A stretch of DNA of 64,000 nucleotides, taken from positions 1-64,000 of IMG/VR virus record IMGVR_UViG_3300045988_093513; one strand, 5' to 3'. Below are positions 9,009 to 18,789 of the stretch, in pieces. The notes under the pieces are model-generated. The model was not told the origin of the DNA. It ran no database searches and worked only from the letters and a program-made list of their open reading frames with translations. This DNA is from a virus. The translations under genes were made by a program, and so were the position numbers. Positions within the stretch are counted from its first letter, which is position 1. Each line of letters opens with the position of its first letter.

Positions 9009-9812
9009 CTATATAGTCATGCCAGCATCCATTGCTAACTTTAACTGTTCATTCCACATAGGATTTAAAAATCTATTCTTCGTGTCGCCACTCATTTGGC
9101 ATACAAAATATCCCATAGGTAACGGGCGTCCGCCACCCTTCTTAATGTAATCAGGATACGCCTGAAATGATGGCTGCTTAATCTCCCATACTGTTCTAAC
9201 CACTGGGCATTTAGCAAACACGTTATGTTGAATACTAATCTTTGGCGTGGCTGATGGTGCGTGCCTATGTTCTTTCCATACACAATCAGCATTGAAGTAA
9301 TCATACGCATCCTGTCTAACCATATGTCTATGTACAATGTAATGCACGTAACAATTCTTATTGACGTTGAAGTATACGATACCTTGGCTACCCTTATATA
9401 AATTTCTGTCACCTAATAGCGAGGCGACTACGCCTTCAATACTGATATATGTATCACTGTATACTCTGTCTGGATGATTACCAGATATAATTCCTAATAG
9501 TTTACCGCTATCATATAAAGGTTTAATATCATCAACGAGTGCATAGATTTGTTTATCGCCGCTCAATGTTTCCTCGATGATGCTACCTTTGCTATTCTTT
9601 GTCACCGTGTTAGTTGCATCACCGCCGATTACAACCTTCACGTTATCAGGTAAGCCACTCAAGAACTCAACCTCTTTCTTAAAATAGTCTCTGTCATTTA
9701 GCCCTTCGTGTATGTCAGATAACACAGCGAGATAACCGAAATCACCATTAACTCTACACTGTATTACGTGTTGCTTTAATGTCTCTTGAATAACTTTTTC
9801 TTGCGTAGCCAT
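9009..9812 (-). CDS. Calcineurin-like metallophosphoesterase
   Basis: Motifs LSDIHEG, GGDATN and GNHPD, matching DxH...GDxxD...GNH(D/E). Confidence 0.6.
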   Translation of the reverse strand: MATQEKVIQETLKQHVIQCRVNGDFGYLAVLSDIHEGLNDRDYFKKEVEFLSGLPDNVKVVIGGDATNTVTKNSKGSIIEETLSGDKQIYALVDDIKPLYDSGKLLGIISGNHPDRVYSDTYISIEGVVASLLGDRNLYKGSQGIVYFNVNKNCYVHYIVHRHMVRQDAYDYFNADCVWKEHRHAPSATPKISIQHNVFAKCPVVRTVWEIKQPSFQAYPDYIKKGGGRPLPMGYFVCQMSGDTKNRFLNPMWNEQLKLAMDAGMTI

Positions 9813-10225
9813 ACGTCCTCCAGATACTGTCTCATTCCTTTGCCATACTTACCACTGAGTAAGTCGCATCTAATGTCTTTAATCCACTTATCGTACTCTT
9901 TAGTGCACGGTTTATTTAATCGCTCCTGCCAATCCGGATACCTTTCTTTAACCATTGAGATGAACATGTCCAACATGTCCTGCTCCTCTTGTTCGATTAA
10001 AGTTTCTTCTATGCTAGGTGTACACGGCTCCTTACACCTGTAATTCATGGGCATCTTGTTGAACATCTTGAGGGCGATTCGTGTTTCACCGTATGCCCAC
10101 TGTCGTTCGTTAAGTCTAGTGATTCTTCTGATAGATGAACATACCCCTTTGTCGTTCAGCTTACCAGCTCGGTACTCCTCTATCATGCGATTCATAAACT
10201 TAACTGTATTAGGCCCCTTCGCCAC
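9776..10225 (-). CDS. Hypothetical protein (149 aa)
   Basis: ORF in the operon. No motif recognised. Confidence 0.4.
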   Translation of the reverse strand: MAKGPNTVKFMNRMIEEYRAGKLNDKGVCSSIRRITRLNERQWAYGETRIALKMFNKMPMNYRCKEPCTPSIEETLIEQEEQDMLDMFISMVKERYPDWQERLNKPCTKEYDKWIKDIRCDLLSGKYGKGMRQYLEDVWLRKKKLFKRH

Positions 10226-10237
10226 TCACATCACCTC

Positions 10238-12439
10238 TTATAGGGCACACACAGATGCGCCACACGAATCACACTGCCAGCAATGACCAGATAATTTCAC
10301 GTTCTTACTGTGACACTCTGGACATTCCATATCCGTCTGTCTATCCTCAACTTCTACATCCTGTACAATAGGCTCATGTGAATCAAGTGTATACGCATCG
10401 TTCAGTGTCACGCCTACCGCAAACCCTACGCTATCTGTATTCAGTTTAAACAACTGCTTAATGATAGCATCAATACTTACGCCGCACCGCATGGAAAGCG
10501 AGATAAGTCTAGTGATACCATCAACTTCATCCTTATGGCGCTCACTATTAACGAAAATCTCAAACATCTTATCGTCTTTCCAGTTAACTGTGATATACAA
10601 TTTAGTACCATCACCCATTACCTGTGTATATGTTTTGCCAACAAGTGTACCAATATCACCACGGCGTTCTGGTCTGATACTATCGTGAAGAATTACAGGC
10701 TTCTCTTCCTTCTTACTAAGTCCAAGGATATTACCTCTTGCACAATTATCTCTGAACACTGTGATACCTTTGCATCCTGCCCGCCATGCCGCATCATAGA
10801 TAGCAAAGATTTTATCAGGTGTAGCAGACTCTGGCAGATTAACAGTAGAACTGATAGCATTATCTACATACTTCTGCATAATTGCCTGTGTCAATACACG
10901 CTTGATTGGTTCAATGTCATGAGACTCTACAACATACGGGAACATCTTCTTAATATCTTCGGCACTTGTATCCATTGGCAGTTCATTACGTTCGAGCAAG
11001 CCCTCAATAGAGTGTGCGAATACTCTGAATGACTTACCCTGTTCTTCAAGTTTGTGTGTAGTTCTTTCGTAATACAGTTTATAGATTGGTTCGCAACCAC
11101 CAGTATATCTACCGGCCAGCAGACTAATACTACCAGTCGGGGCAACACTAATAATCTGACCATTAAGTAAACCATACTTCATAACACAAGCCTTTGTGTC
11201 ATTATCAAGAGACTGGAAGAGTTCTGACTTAGCGGTCTTGTCATAGTTGTATTCGCCGAAAGTATTGAAGTAATCATTAGACAGGAAAGCAGACGCCTTC
11301 ACTGCTTCATTCATTAAGCAACGGAACAACCTTTCAGTAAACTCAAGTGCCTCTTCACTTCCGTATTCAAGCCCAAGTTCCACAAGCATATCTGCATAAC
11401 CGAACACGCCCAACCCGATAGGTCTCCAGTCACGAATGTACTTACGGTTCTCTTTATATGGCTGTTTATCATACGAGTAATCGAGTGCGTCATTCAATGC
11501 TCTAACTGCTACATGAACTGCGTCAATAAACAAACCCCAAGCAAACTTACCAGTTGTCATGTCTACGAATTTAGCTAAGTTGATACTGCCTAAGTTGCAT
11601 GAACCCCACGCACCAAGAGGTGCCTCAGCGCAAGGATTTGTCGTAAGGATATGGAAGTTATCATATCCAGACAGAAGATTATATTCATTGAACCTATCAA
11701 TGAACAATGCACCTGGGTCTCCCCAGTTCCACTGACATTCACAAAACTTCTTAAAGAAATCACGGGCGTTAATTGTTTTCTCGATGTGTTCACCAGTAGC
11801 CTTCACATCAAAGTGTAACTTGTATGGTTTGTCACAATCTACCGCAGTCATAAACTCATCTGTGAATTTAATAGACACATTCATAGACTGAAGTCTATCA
11901 CCTTTCATCTTGACATCAAGCAGTTCTTCAATGTCTGGGTGGGAACAGTCGATAGATACCATCGTTGCTCCACGTCTTCCGTGCTGGCTAATAACATTAC
12001 CAGTCTCGTTGAACAAGTCAAGGAACGACACTGCACCAGTAGAAGTATTAGCGGCATTGTTTACTTTAGCATTACGTGGTCGAAGAATAGAAATATCTGT
12101 ACCAACTCCACCGCCTTTACTAAAGATACGTGCCATGTGTTTGTTAGCTTCATAGATTGCTTCGATAGTATCGTCTTCGATAGGGACTACGTAGCAATTA
12201 CTACCAGCCGCATTGATTTCCTCTTTGCGTCCTGCAAGGTACATAGTTCTTCCACCAAAGAAGAAAGTACCACTAGCTAACATGTTCTCAACTTTATCTC
12301 TAATACTTTCTTCGCAGATACTAGCTACTCTTTTACAGAATTCAGCTGGGGTTTCTGCATCATCTTTCGCATACTTAGAACGGAACACGTTGTACGCTAC
12401 CTCGTCATTTGCCCAGCTTACTTCGCTATCATGAATCAT
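10238..12439 (-). CDS. nrdJ: Ribonucleotide reductase, class II monomeric (adenosylcobalamin-type)-like
   Basis: NPCAEAPLGAWGSCNLGSINL active-site motif. 733 aa. C-terminal CxxC...CxxC zinc ribbon. Confidence 0.6.
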   Translation of the reverse strand: MIHDSEVSWANDEVAYNVFRSKYAKDDAETPAEFCKRVASICEESIRDKVENMLASGTFFFGGRTMYLAGRKEEINAAGSNCYVVPIEDDTIEAIYEANKHMARIFSKGGGVGTDISILRPRNAKVNNAANTSTGAVSFLDLFNETGNVISQHGRRGATMVSIDCSHPDIEELLDVKMKGDRLQSMNVSIKFTDEFMTAVDCDKPYKLHFDVKATGEHIEKTINARDFFKKFCECQWNWGDPGALFIDRFNEYNLLSGYDNFHILTTNPCAEAPLGAWGSCNLGSINLAKFVDMTTGKFAWGLFIDAVHVAVRALNDALDYSYDKQPYKENRKYIRDWRPIGLGVFGYADMLVELGLEYGSEEALEFTERLFRCLMNEAVKASAFLSNDYFNTFGEYNYDKTAKSELFQSLDNDTKACVMKYGLLNGQIISVAPTGSISLLAGRYTGGCEPIYKLYYERTTHKLEEQGKSFRVFAHSIEGLLERNELPMDTSAEDIKKMFPYVVESHDIEPIKRVLTQAIMQKYVDNAISSTVNLPESATPDKIFAIYDAAWRAGCKGITVFRDNCARGNILGLSKKEEKPVILHDSIRPERRGDIGTLVGKTYTQVMGDGTKLYITVNWKDDKMFEIFVNSERHKDEVDGITRLISLSMRCGVSIDAIIKQLFKLNTDSVGFAVGVTLNDAYTLDSHEPIVQDVEVEDRQTDMECPECHSKNVKLSGHCWQCDSCGASVCAL

Positions 12440-12645
12440 AACCTATCACTAATCCCTTTCTTGTACTTAATAACTTTAATAGAATCATCTGTCTTTGGCA
12501 GTGGATACACGTGTACTCGCAGGTCTTTGTTCGTCACGTTTTCATCTATCAACTGCTTTGTTTCATCATTGTCATCAGTTAACCCAACACATCTGGGCAT
12601 GCCACTGGAATCAAAGATAACAACTGCGTATCCGGTACGTCGCAT
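12436..12645 (-). CDS. Small hypothetical protein. It overlaps the ThyX-like gene's 3' end.
   Basis: ORF only. Glutaredoxin-like beta-alpha start but no CxxC. Confidence 0.25.
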   Translation of the reverse strand: MRRTGYAVVIFDSSGMPRCVGLTDDNDETKQLIDENVTNKDLRVHVYPLPKTDDSIKVIKYKKGISDRL

Positions 12646-13244
12646 TTTCTAGCCTCCACTAACTCCTTGAAATAAGGTAATCTTTTATACATCCAAGCGC
12701 AGAAGTATCTCCATTCATCTAACTGGTGGTGGATTCTCTGCGTGTACATTGTCATAAGTTGCAGGTAATTCGTTGTTACTCTTGCCTCTTCCAACATACC
12801 TACTGGCACAGAATAAATCAGCTCTCTCTTAATCTTAGGTGGAATAGGTTCTCCGTTATACTTACCAAGCAAGTCTTCTCTATACTTGATAAATGCATCA
12901 ATCACTGGGCTTGTTGTACCAAGTGCGCCAATCTCACTCTGTGCAAAATGGTTTGGTGTTAATACGAACTTTGGGTTTGTAATACTATGCATGATTGACT
13001 GGCTCATAACAATCTGGAACCAGTGATATCTCTGTGCCTGCTGCCACCACTTGATACTGGCAACGATAGAAAACTGAACATTAACACCTGTAAGTACATT
13101 CGCCTCACCACTATTAAGTGGCATGCTAGCCAAACGTAACATCACGTTAACTCCACGGTCATCACTCAGTGGTGTACCATATGATAACCCAATAGCCTTA
13201 GCCGATTCTTTCAGCCCTGCCACTTTCTCGTTCTGAATAATCAT
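12579..13244 (-). CDS. ThyX-like (flavin-dependent thymidylate synthase family) protein with a non-canonical active-site motif
   Basis: From memory, it aligns with the ThyX core (FxxxAxIxxxxQ and a C-terminal N...LM...R...Q.EW block). The canonical RHR-x7-S motif reads QRYHWFQIVMSQS instead. Confidence 0.45.
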   Translation of the reverse strand: MIIQNEKVAGLKESAKAIGLSYGTPLSDDRGVNVMLRLASMPLNSGEANVLTGVNVQFSIVASIKWWQQAQRYHWFQIVMSQSIMHSITNPKFVLTPNHFAQSEIGALGTTSPVIDAFIKYREDLLGKYNGEPIPPKIKRELIYSVPVGMLEEARVTTNYLQLMTMYTQRIHHQLDEWRYFCAWMYKRLPYFKELVEARKCDVPDTQLLSLIPVACPDVLG

Positions 13245-13480
13245 TCTGTTCCTACCTTCTTTCCTACTCTATCAGTTCTACCCTTGTGTCTAGGGTTACG
13301 TCCAAATCTAAATGCATGCAGTGGACATTTCACGTTAGGGCACTTGGCTACTTCATTCCTATCATAGCATGCACAGTCAAGACAGTTCAGTCTAATGGCT
13401 TTGAGTGGCGTTAGCTTACCACTCGCAATTTTCTGTAACATATTTGCTCTTCCTGCTTCTTCCTTGCTCATCCTAGCCAT
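13241..13480 (-). CDS. Small Cys-rich, putatively zinc-binding protein
   Basis: CLDCACYDRNEVAKCPNVKCPLH cysteine cluster. Confidence 0.4.
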   Translation of the reverse strand: MARMSKEEAGRANMLQKIASGKLTPLKAIRLNCLDCACYDRNEVAKCPNVKCPLHAFRFGRNPRHKGRTDRVGKKVGTE

Positions 13481-13489
13481 TCAAATCAC

Positions 13490-13900
13490 CTATTCCTTTT
13501 CTACTTCGTATCTAGGTACTCCACGATTAAACGCTACGTTATTCTTCATATCAAAATATACTCTGTTCAAAAACTTAATTGCAGCTTCGAGCAGTCTAAT
13601 GGCATACTGTACTTCAGCTACCTTTTTCCATGCCTCCTGGCATTCTGTATCTGTAAGTGTATGCCTATCTCCTACTGCAACTTTGTCACTATACTCTGCC
13701 GACTTCTCAGCCGTCAATGCCTTTGCTTTCTGTTCTGTGAACGCAAGCTCTTTATACATCCATGCAACCTTACTATCGAAAGTTTCCATCAGTTTGGATG
13801 CAGTAACCATCAGGCGATACGCACTAGCTGGGTCATTATCCTGCACGGTAGGGTATCTTTCTTTCACGGCGTTATACTGTTTCAGAAGTTCATCTTCCAT
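13490..13900 (-). CDS. Hypothetical protein (136 aa)
   Basis: ORF in a co-directional operon. Confidence 0.4.
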   Translation of the reverse strand: MEDELLKQYNAVKERYPTVQDNDPASAYRLMVTASKLMETFDSKVAWMYKELAFTEQKAKALTAEKSAEYSDKVAVGDRHTLTDTECQEAWKKVAEVQYAIRLLEAAIKFLNRVYFDMKNNVAFNRGVPRYEVEKE

Positions 13901-13925
13901 ATTGTCACCTCAATTGTTACACGTG

Positions 13926-14213
13926 TCAGTGTAAATACTGTAAATCAATCTCAGCCATCTTTTCTGTAGCCAACTCACCGTCACGAACCTTATCGGCTAA
14001 GTAGGATACGAACGCATCCTTTGCTTTGAGAAGATTCCGCCAACCCTCAAAGTCCTTCGGGTCACATGTCATGAAGTTGGAAATGATAGCCTGGGTATAC
14101 TGCTCATCGAAATCGCCCAGCAATTCAAGCATCTTCTGTGCGTCATGTCCGAGCTGTTCGTCCAAGGCTAACTGTTGTTTCTCAGTCATCGAGCTTATTG
14201 ATTTCCACGGCAT
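13926..14213 (-). CDS. Hypothetical protein (95 aa)
   Basis: ORF in a co-directional operon. Confidence 0.35.
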   Translation of the reverse strand: MPWKSISSMTEKQQLALDEQLGHDAQKMLELLGDFDEQYTQAIISNFMTCDPKDFEGWRNLLKAKDAFVSYLADKVRDGELATEKMAEIDLQYLH

Positions 14214-14466
14214 TTACTTTGGCGGCAAGTTTCATAAGCAGCTTCTGTGCTTCTTCGTATGTCTTTACGACAGCCAGAATCTGTCCACGACTAGAACCAT
14301 CTGGGATACCCATCAGCATATACCCAGTAATTTCATTACTTTCGCTATCCTTCATAGCCTTAATGTACATGTCTACAACTCTCATCATTTTGTTTTCTTT
14401 ATCAGATACTACAAACATATTAAACACCTTTTGCCTTTCTGCAATTATAGAAGATATCGTATACAT
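14182..14466 (-). CDS. Hypothetical protein (94 aa)
   Basis: ORF in a co-directional operon. Confidence 0.35.
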   Translation of the reverse strand: MYTISSIIAERQKVFNMFVVSDKENKMMRVVDMYIKAMKDSESNEITGYMLMGIPDGSSRGQILAVVKTYEEAQKLLMKLAAKVNAVEINKLDD

Positions 14467-14944
14467 CTTCTCTTACACAGTAAATATTATCCCTATAGTT
14501 ATAACCCAAGACAACTATGTGACTGTTATCTTGATTGAAAAAATTATGTAACCACTTCTTACGCTTATCCTCTTTCTCAACTATGTTTATCTTGCCGCCA
14601 CACAAGTAAGTCAAGAAAGCATCATCACTCATCATGTAACAGAAACCTTTGTAGTGATAGCAGTCTACGCTTGGTAACTCATTGAAGAGTTTCTCGTGCG
14701 TAGACATATGCTTACATTCAATAAGGTACTTCTCATCCTTAATCTCCACCTGTAAATCAGCCGCTAAGCTATTCCGCAGGCAAGGGATTAAACAGTTGGA
14801 CTTGAGTGCGCCACTCATTGGTGTCTTGTAAACTGGCAAACCCATGGCAATCATTCGAGCCAGCACTCTACGTTCAAACGTCCTACCACTACGTCGGTTT
14901 CGCTTACCCGTTGCGACTCTTAGCGGGTCCTTTCGGCGAACCAT
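14420..14944 (-). CDS. Holliday-junction resolvase, PD-(D/E)xK (Hjc / T7 endonuclease I-like)
   Basis: GRTFERRVLARMIAMGLPVYKTPMSGA...DLQVEIKDEKYLIECK gives the G..FER, SG, D and ExK motifs. Start set at ATG 14944, which has a GGAGAGGAG RBS. Confidence 0.55.
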   Translation of the reverse strand: MVRRKDPLRVATGKRNRRSGRTFERRVLARMIAMGLPVYKTPMSGALKSNCLIPCLRNSLAADLQVEIKDEKYLIECKHMSTHEKLFNELPSVDCYHYKGFCYMMSDDAFLTYLCGGKINIVEKEDKRKKWLHNFFNQDNSHIVVLGYNYRDNIYCVREDVYDIFYNCRKAKGV

Positions 14945-15428
14945 ATGTATACTCCTCTCCAAGATAATCAAAATAATCATATACTTCGTTATCCTTGAGT
15001 GCGTATAGAGCCATTAAATCATATACGATGCAGTCGATAAGTTTATCTTCTACATCCTTACAGTAAACGCCATTACGAAGAATAGCAATATCATTCTTGT
15101 CTTTCATCGTGATGATGGTACGGAATAATTCATCCCTTGTTGGCATCCTACCTACACGTCTTACAGCCGCGTCATATACAGCGTCAAGTACATTACCTTT
15201 ACCTACGTATTCTTCACCCTTAATTACAATCTTGTCAAGGATATCGTCAAACAGTCTCGCAACGAAGTCGTAATACACATACAAATCATTCGGTACTTCA
15301 GTCTCGCCGTTCTCGTCGTCAACCATACCATCGTTCGGGTTCCCCTTCGTCTTACAAAGGCTCGCAATAGCTGGTGCTAACATAATCATTAACCTCATGT
15401 ATTCCTGCTTATTCATTTGTATTAGCAT
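14904..15428 (-). CDS. Hypothetical protein (174 aa)
   Basis: ORF. The start may be internal. Confidence 0.35.
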   Translation of the reverse strand: MLIQMNKQEYMRLMIMLAPAIASLCKTKGNPNDGMVDDENGETEVPNDLYVYYDFVARLFDDILDKIVIKGEEYVGKGNVLDAVYDAAVRRVGRMPTRDELFRTIITMKDKNDIAILRNGVYCKDVEDKLIDCIVYDLMALYALKDNEVYDYFDYLGEEYTYGSPKGPAKSRNG

Positions 15429-15639
15429 TCCCCTTTCTCTTTCCAGTATACTTATTAAGAACTCTTACAACGTCTGCTACTTCTTCGTTGTCTTCGATAC
15501 CGAGCATCGTCAGAAGTCCACCGACCAATACCTGCGCAGCATCGTTACCATCCACGTTGGTATCAAACGAGATGTACGCACTACCATCTTCTGCATCTTT
15601 CCACGTCACTGTTACTGTTTTAGTTGATGTATCCTTCAT
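15409..15639 (-). CDS. Hypothetical protein (76 aa)
   Basis: ORF. Confidence 0.3.
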   Translation of the reverse strand: MKDTSTKTVTVTWKDAEDGSAYISFDTNVDGNDAAQVLVGGLLTMLGIEDNEEVADVVRVLNKYTGKRKGNANTNE

Positions 15640-15880
15640 GTTTATGTTCTCCTTTGTTCTTAAATTCTTCTACCATATCAGCCATTGTTTCAAAGATTTT
15701 GGTAGCTTCTTCTTCTGTCATTTCGTATGTTGCCATCAGAGCAAGGAACAATGCAGTAGCAGTCACCGGCGTATCCACGTCAGAGTCTACTTTGATATCT
15801 ACTCCCTGTTTAGAAAGCACAGCCTTTACCTTAATATTCATTGTTGTTTCGTCTTTAAGTTTACTCGTTACGTTATCCAT
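15620..15880 (-). CDS. Hypothetical protein (86 aa)
   Basis: ORF. Confidence 0.35.
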   Translation of the reverse strand: MDNVTSKLKDETTMNIKVKAVLSKQGVDIKVDSDVDTPVTATALFLALMATYEMTEEEATKIFETMADMVEEFKNKGEHKHEGYIN

Positions 15881-15881
15881 T

Positions 15882-16799
15882 TTATATCTCCTTTATGTTT
15901 GCATATGGGCATTTATCTTTTACGTTACAGAACCTCTCACATTTCATACCTCCCCAACGCTCTCTGTAACTACACTGCTTTGGGAGTAGCCCTGTCTCCA
16001 TTGCGTGTACTAAGTTGTCTGCTTTCGCTTTCATATATTTGCTAACCCAGTGGTCGCTAATCTTGTTTACCTCTACCAGATAGGCTGGTTGCATAACGCC
16101 ACGGGATTCAGCCATGTAAGTATTACCATCTCGAACAATCATCTCACATATCATCTTCTTAGCTGTCTTGCCAAGACACTTCTTTAGCTTCATGCGATAA
16201 TCATTCAGCTGTATTGCGAGGTCAAGTCTACCGCTACCATGTACTCCATCATATGTGAAGTATGTTCTATACTTTGGTTTACCATTCTTGTATAAACCAA
16301 TCTGCTCCTTATGCTTTACAGCGCCAAGAACCTTGGCTGCTTTGTAACTGCCATATGTTTTATCGTCGTACAGGTAGCCAGTGTTTTCCTCGTCTGTTGC
16401 TTCTTCATCGAAATAGTCAAACGCACCAGTAGAAACCCCGTCGTCTAACCGTTTCTCCGTCATTGCGTTTCCTTCTGTGTTTTCTTCCAGTGCTTCATGT
16501 ATTGCAGTACCGTGTAGTGCGAACACCGACTGCATCGGGTCAATCGTATATGGCTCTGTAAGCTTCAAGTATTCTTCCAGTGTACCGTTAAGTAACTGTG
16601 TCGTACTGGGCTTCCCAGTCCATCTACGTTCAGCGGCGATAGCAAGTAGTGCTCTCCTAGATAAGCATCGACCGCATGGTACATACAGCATACCAGTTGT
16701 AGGGTTCAGCTTACCCTCTAACCGGCAATGTTTTAAGCACTCGTTCACAGGACATTCTCTTCCGTCTGGACATCTAAAATGTGTAAGTGGCATTAGCAT
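15882..16799 (-). CDS. Cas4/RecB-like PD-(D/E)xK nuclease with a putative Fe-S cluster
   Basis: N-terminal Cys cluster and C-terminal CERFCNVKDKC (Cx3Cx5C). Central D...ExK-like segments. Confidence 0.4.
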   Translation of the reverse strand: MLMPLTHFRCPDGRECPVNECLKHCRLEGKLNPTTGMLYVPCGRCLSRRALLAIAAERRWTGKPSTTQLLNGTLEEYLKLTEPYTIDPMQSVFALHGTAIHEALEENTEGNAMTEKRLDDGVSTGAFDYFDEEATDEENTGYLYDDKTYGSYKAAKVLGAVKHKEQIGLYKNGKPKYRTYFTYDGVHGSGRLDLAIQLNDYRMKLKKCLGKTAKKMICEMIVRDGNTYMAESRGVMQPAYLVEVNKISDHWVSKYMKAKADNLVHAMETGLLPKQCSYRERWGGMKCERFCNVKDKCPYANIKEI

Positions 16800-18778
16800 T
16801 CACCTTCGCAATCTTCTAACACGCTCTTGTCTCTGTTCCACTTCATCATGAATCTAGTAGAGCCTAACTGATAACCTCTAACTTTCGCAAGATTAAATCG
16901 TGTGATACCGTGCCATTTCTGCTCTGCCTCAAGGCCAATCCCTGGTCTTAAGTCTGGTCTCCACATGAGTAAACAGATGTCGGCACTCGCTTCAATGTCA
17001 CCAGCCCCTTTCAGTAAATTCATTGTTGGTTCTTCGTACTGATTACTCTGACGATTCAACTGACTCAGCATTACGAATATTAAGTCTTTGTCTTTTGCGA
17101 TTCTCTTCATCGCCTTTGCCTGCTGAGCAGCACCATCATACTCTTCAGTACCTTTCAGATATTGGAAGTAGTCACAGACAACCATGTCAACTGGCCTATC
17201 GAACAATCCCTTGGCATTAATAGCTGAGATAGTTCTGTCAATCTCATCCATGGTTACTCCGTTCTTATCTATAATTATAAGCCTATTTCCAATTTTGTCA
17301 AGTTGTTTTTTTATCTCTGCGGAATCTGTAAAGTATTCTCGTACTTTGTAGAACGGACAGCCGATCAACTTAGCCAGTATCCATTCAAGTACATTACCTT
17401 TACTCATCTCCTGCGAAAAGAATACAACTCGCATATCATTATTTAAAATACTCTTTAAAATATAGTCGATAGCGAAAGAAGTTTTACCGCTTCCGCTATA
17501 CGCTCCCACGACAACCACCTGTCCTTTCATGATACCACCAACACAGGTATCAATACCAGTAATACCAGTCTTGAATATTCCTTTTTCGTACAACTTACCA
17601 AGGTCGCCCAAGCAGTCGTACAACGTAGCCGCATTGTCGGTTAATGTATCTACTTCTTCTACGTCAAGGTCAAACGCTTCTTTCAAATCTGTTACGTCTT
17701 TGCCCCAACGCTTAGCTAAAATATCAATCAAGTCTGCCTTTACCATCTGGCTCTTTACAGTTTTCATAAACTCTGTAGCATATGAATACTGGTCCTCAAT
17801 GGAATTACATTCATCCAACTTACGGACAAGAACAAACTGGTCGATATATACTGTCTGTAACGCTTTAACATCTACGCCATTGACTAGCGCATCGTTCATA
17901 TCCTTACACCCATCGGGTAAAGGACAAACCCTTACGTTAAAATTTGTTATACTATTGAACCTATCACGAACTCTGTCGATATGTTTCAACCCAGGTTCGT
18001 CCATATCTGGTACAAGTATAATCTGCGTGTTGGGTGGAACCGTTCTATTCAATAGCTGAATCTGTTCCTTGCCAATTTCCGCTCCACAATATCCGGCGGT
18101 AGGTAATCCCATTTCGGTACCAGACATTACGTCAAAGTATCCTTCCACCAGATAAAGAACATTACCACCAACCTTGCGAGATACATTCAATCCGTACAGT
18201 GTTTCACTCTTATCAAACACTTCACTGTTCTTTGAGTTCTTGTACTTATATTTCGCATTGAAGTACCGTTTAGCGATAGCTACTGGCTGGTCATTAACAT
18301 TGTAAATAGGAATAACCAAACTACCGGACGCCTGCTTATCTGCTCCGAGATGGAATAGCTTAGCTACATCTTCTCCAATCTTTCTCTTACGCAGATAATC
18401 TTTAAGCTCTTCGTTTGATTCAAGATTGCGGCTGGCTGTTACCACTCTATGTCTATAGGCTTGAATCAAATCTCTCTGCCTTACATATTCTACATTAGTT
18501 GATACGTCAATGTTCAACATATCAGCTAGCTTTTCAGTAGCGGCTTCGTATGTTACGTGCTCGTATTCAGCAACAAAGTTAATTACATTGCCGCAAGCAC
18601 CGCACGAAAAGCAATAGAATGTTCCGTGCGGAAATACGGTAAATGCAGAAGCATTCTCTCCGCCATGGATTGGACAAACGCCTCTCCACGTGTTGCCTGT
18701 TCTCTTGAGTGTTGTGTACTGACTAACATAATCTGCCAAATCTACTTTCGCTTTAATAACACTTTCGAGATTACTCAC
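16793..18778 (-). CDS. Bifunctional DNA primase-helicase (T7 gp4-like)
   Basis: CHC2 zinc ribbon CPIHGGEN...CFSCGACG, TOPRIM EGYFDV and a DnaB-type Walker A GAYSGSGKTSF. Confidence 0.75.
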   Translation of the reverse strand: MSNLESVIKAKVDLADYVSQYTTLKRTGNTWRGVCPIHGGENASAFTVFPHGTFYCFSCGACGNVINFVAEYEHVTYEAATEKLADMLNIDVSTNVEYVRQRDLIQAYRHRVVTASRNLESNEELKDYLRKRKIGEDVAKLFHLGADKQASGSLVIPIYNVNDQPVAIAKRYFNAKYKYKNSKNSEVFDKSETLYGLNVSRKVGGNVLYLVEGYFDVMSGTEMGLPTAGYCGAEIGKEQIQLLNRTVPPNTQIILVPDMDEPGLKHIDRVRDRFNSITNFNVRVCPLPDGCKDMNDALVNGVDVKALQTVYIDQFVLVRKLDECNSIEDQYSYATEFMKTVKSQMVKADLIDILAKRWGKDVTDLKEAFDLDVEEVDTLTDNAATLYDCLGDLGKLYEKGIFKTGITGIDTCVGGIMKGQVVVVGAYSGSGKTSFAIDYILKSILNNDMRVVFFSQEMSKGNVLEWILAKLIGCPFYKVREYFTDSAEIKKQLDKIGNRLIIIDKNGVTMDEIDRTISAINAKGLFDRPVDMVVCDYFQYLKGTEEYDGAAQQAKAMKRIAKDKDLIFVMLSQLNRQSNQYEEPTMNLLKGAGDIEASADICLLMWRPDLRPGIGLEAEQKWHGITRFNLAKVRGYQLGSTRFMMKWNRDKSVLEDCEGEC

Positions 18779-18789
18779 GACATCACTCC

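Noticed and set aside
9092-9412. 106-aa ORF nested in the metallophosphatase gene
   Set aside because: It is an alternative frame of a well-supported gene. The composition looks like a frame shadow.
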